NCBI GenBank assembly: GCA_051748045.1
Contig: JBNJGY010000003.1
Coordinates: 19,629 to 83,628, forward strand
DNA from: Thermotogota bacterium
GTDB lineage: Bacteria; Thermotogota; Thermotogae; Petrotogales; Petrotogaceae
DNA length: 64,000 bases
Direction: 5' to 3'
Position numbers and translations under genes: made by a program. Below are positions 62,469-64,000 of this stretch, piece after piece (position 1 is the first letter of the stretch; every line of letters starts with the position of its first letter). Under the pieces are notes generated by a model, which made no database searches, was not told the origin of the DNA, and worked only from the letters and a program-made list of their open reading frames with translations.

Positions 62469-62904
62469 TATTTTAATTTTTTCAGTATATATTTTTGCAG
62501 TTGATTTTAACGACTATATTGAATTTAACCCATCTTTATATGAAATTACATCTAGAGAGATAACAGACGATAAATCTTTTTTAGAATTTGAATTACCAGA
62601 AGAAACTCAGAAAATGACTATAAGCTTAGATAGAAATAATTCTACTTATAATCTTTACATTCTTAATTTTAAAAGTATATACAAATTAAATAGCTTTTGG
62701 TATAATTTTGTAGGAGAATTTTCTTCTGATTTTAATGCTTTTATTTCTACGGTACCAGCATTTTATGGAAGATATAATGGATTATATAATAATGAAGTAA
62801 TGTATACTTGGTTTGTTGGTTTAGAAAAAAATATGTTTATTGTAATAGGCTCAGATAAAACAATTGTTGAGGACTTAAAATACAAGATAAATAAATTTAG
62901 GTGA
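62416..62904 (+). CDS. Hypothetical exported protein
   Basis: ATG 62416 after SD GAGGT, signal-peptide-like segment; overlaps mtaD by 53 nt. Confidence 0.65.
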   Translation: MKISKNITLNSKILLTINILIFSVYIFAVDFNDYIEFNPSLYEITSREITDDKSFLEFELPEETQKMTISLDRNNSTYNLYILNFKSIYKLNSFWYNFVGEFSSDFNAFISTVPAFYGRYNGLYNNEVMYTWFVGLEKNMFIVIGSDKTIVEDLKYKINKFR

Positions 62905-62911
62905 TTTATAC

Positions 62912-63817
62912 ATGAAAAATTATAATAATTTAAGTACATATTTAAAAAATAGATATGGTGAAAGAGTTCAAAGACTTCCCATAAACGCAGGGTTTACATG
63001 TCCGAATAAAACAGGAGAAAAAGGTTATGGGGGATGTATTTTTTGTGAAAAAACTGGAAGTGGATTTGCTAGTACAAACGCTAGTGTTTCTATAAAAAAT
63101 CAGCTTAAAAAAATGATGAAAAGATATGAAGGTAGAGCTTCAAAATATATGGCTTATTTTCAATCTAATACAAACACATATGCTGATCCTCATAAATTGA
63201 AAGAAATATATGATCAAGCTTTAATTTCTGATGATATACTTATATTAGATATTTCTACAAGACCAGATTGTGTAAGTGAAAAAAAATTAGATATAATTTC
63301 TTCTTATAAAAATAAATTAGATGTTTTTCTCGAATTTGGTGTTGAGTCTACTAATACAAAAACATTAGTTTTCATGAATAGAGGACATTATTTATCCGAT
63401 GTAATAGATGCGACGATGAGATCAAAGAAAAGAGATTTAGAAATTATATATCATTTTATAATGGATTTCCCTACGGATGATATTAATGATGTAATTGAAA
63501 TGGCTAAGTTTGCAAATGTTATGGAAATTCAAGGAGTAAAATTACATTCTTTATACATAACTGAAAATACAAAACTTGGCAAAATGTATAAAAATGGAGA
63601 AATATCTCCTTTGAGTTTAGATGAATATATAAATAGGGTAATAACGTTTTTAGAACACCTTAATCCAGACATTGTTATTCATAGATTAGCAGCAGAACCT
63701 CCAAAAACAGGTTATTTACATGGGAATTGGGGGTTTAGAAAGATTGAAATAATTAATAAAATTAATAGAGAAATAAAAGAAAGAAATACATATCAAGGTA
63801 TTAAATATAAAGAGTAG
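62912..63817 (+). CDS. TIGR01212 (YhcC-like) radical SAM protein
   Basis: GFTCPN...GGCIFC (CX11CX2C), YFQS.TNTY, TRPDC, GVKLHSL, VIHRL. Confidence 0.9.
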   Translation: MKNYNNLSTYLKNRYGERVQRLPINAGFTCPNKTGEKGYGGCIFCEKTGSGFASTNASVSIKNQLKKMMKRYEGRASKYMAYFQSNTNTYADPHKLKEIYDQALISDDILILDISTRPDCVSEKKLDIISSYKNKLDVFLEFGVESTNTKTLVFMNRGHYLSDVIDATMRSKKRDLEIIYHFIMDFPTDDINDVIEMAKFANVMEIQGVKLHSLYITENTKLGKMYKNGEISPLSLDEYINRVITFLEHLNPDIVIHRLAAEPPKTGYLHGNWGFRKIEIINKINREIKERNTYQGIKYKE

Positions 63818-64000
63818 AACGGTCGGTCGCATTTTTTGAGGAAAGTCCAGACTCCACAGGGCAGGATGCCAGGTTAAATCCTGGAGAGAGAGATCTCTGG
63901 TAAGGGCCATAGAAACTTAAACCGCCTTATATTAGGCAAGGTTGGAAAGGTGAGGTAAGAGCTCACCAGTATCAGGGTAACCTGATAGCTTGGTAACCCC
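63811..64000 (+). ncRNA. rnpB: RNase P RNA, type A (5' part; runs off the window)
   Basis: GAGGAAAGTCC, GGGCCATAGAAA, ACCGCC, GGTGAGGTAAGAGCTCACC; colinear with the T. maritima RNase P RNA as I recall it. Confidence 0.93.

Noticed and set aside
63716..63910. 64-aa minus-strand ORF
   Set aside because: Antisense to rnpB and the radical SAM gene
1..64000. CRISPR arrays, IS elements, prophage, rRNA, inteins or introns in dnaE/dnaG/rpoBC
   Set aside because: No spaced repeats, transposase or integrase ORFs, rRNA motifs or intein splice motifs seen; the large inserts match lineage-specific domains

Overview
AT-rich bacterial core-genome window, inferred to be Thermotogota and most likely Petrotogaceae. 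The basis is a 354-aa NusG with a large insert, a 1644-aa RpoC, a short DnaE, an RR468-like regulator and a T. maritima-like RNase P RNA. In order it holds: partial clpC (minus); tRNA-Thr, tRNA-Tyr, rpmG, secE, nusG, rplKAJL, rpoBC; mtnA and an ABC-2 exporter; a minus-strand block of DUF2344, response regulator, GAF-PP2C, yebC, a hypothetical, cheR, lspA, rluD and dnaE; a class A PBP with two degenerate cNMP/Crp-like genes; rplU, prp, rpmA, an ECF S component, rplM, rpsI, dnaG, sigA and a UvrD helicase; the complete str/S10/spc/alpha superoperon; rho, a hydrolase, mtaD, a hypothetical and a radical SAM gene; and the 5' part of rnpB. I saw no CRISPR, rRNA or mobile element. The best leads are: (1) GC-rich RNA stems written in rare synonymous codons and at gene junctions of the r-protein superoperon (secY, map, rpoA, rplC/rplD, rplR, rpmD, rplN, fusA); (2) a PBP with a duplicated C-terminal module, translationally coupled to two degenerate cNMP-domain proteins; (3) an RR468-like regulator coupled to a GAF-PP2C phosphatase; (4) a natural S12 K88R. 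All calls come from reading the sequence by eye; no searches or folding computations were run.
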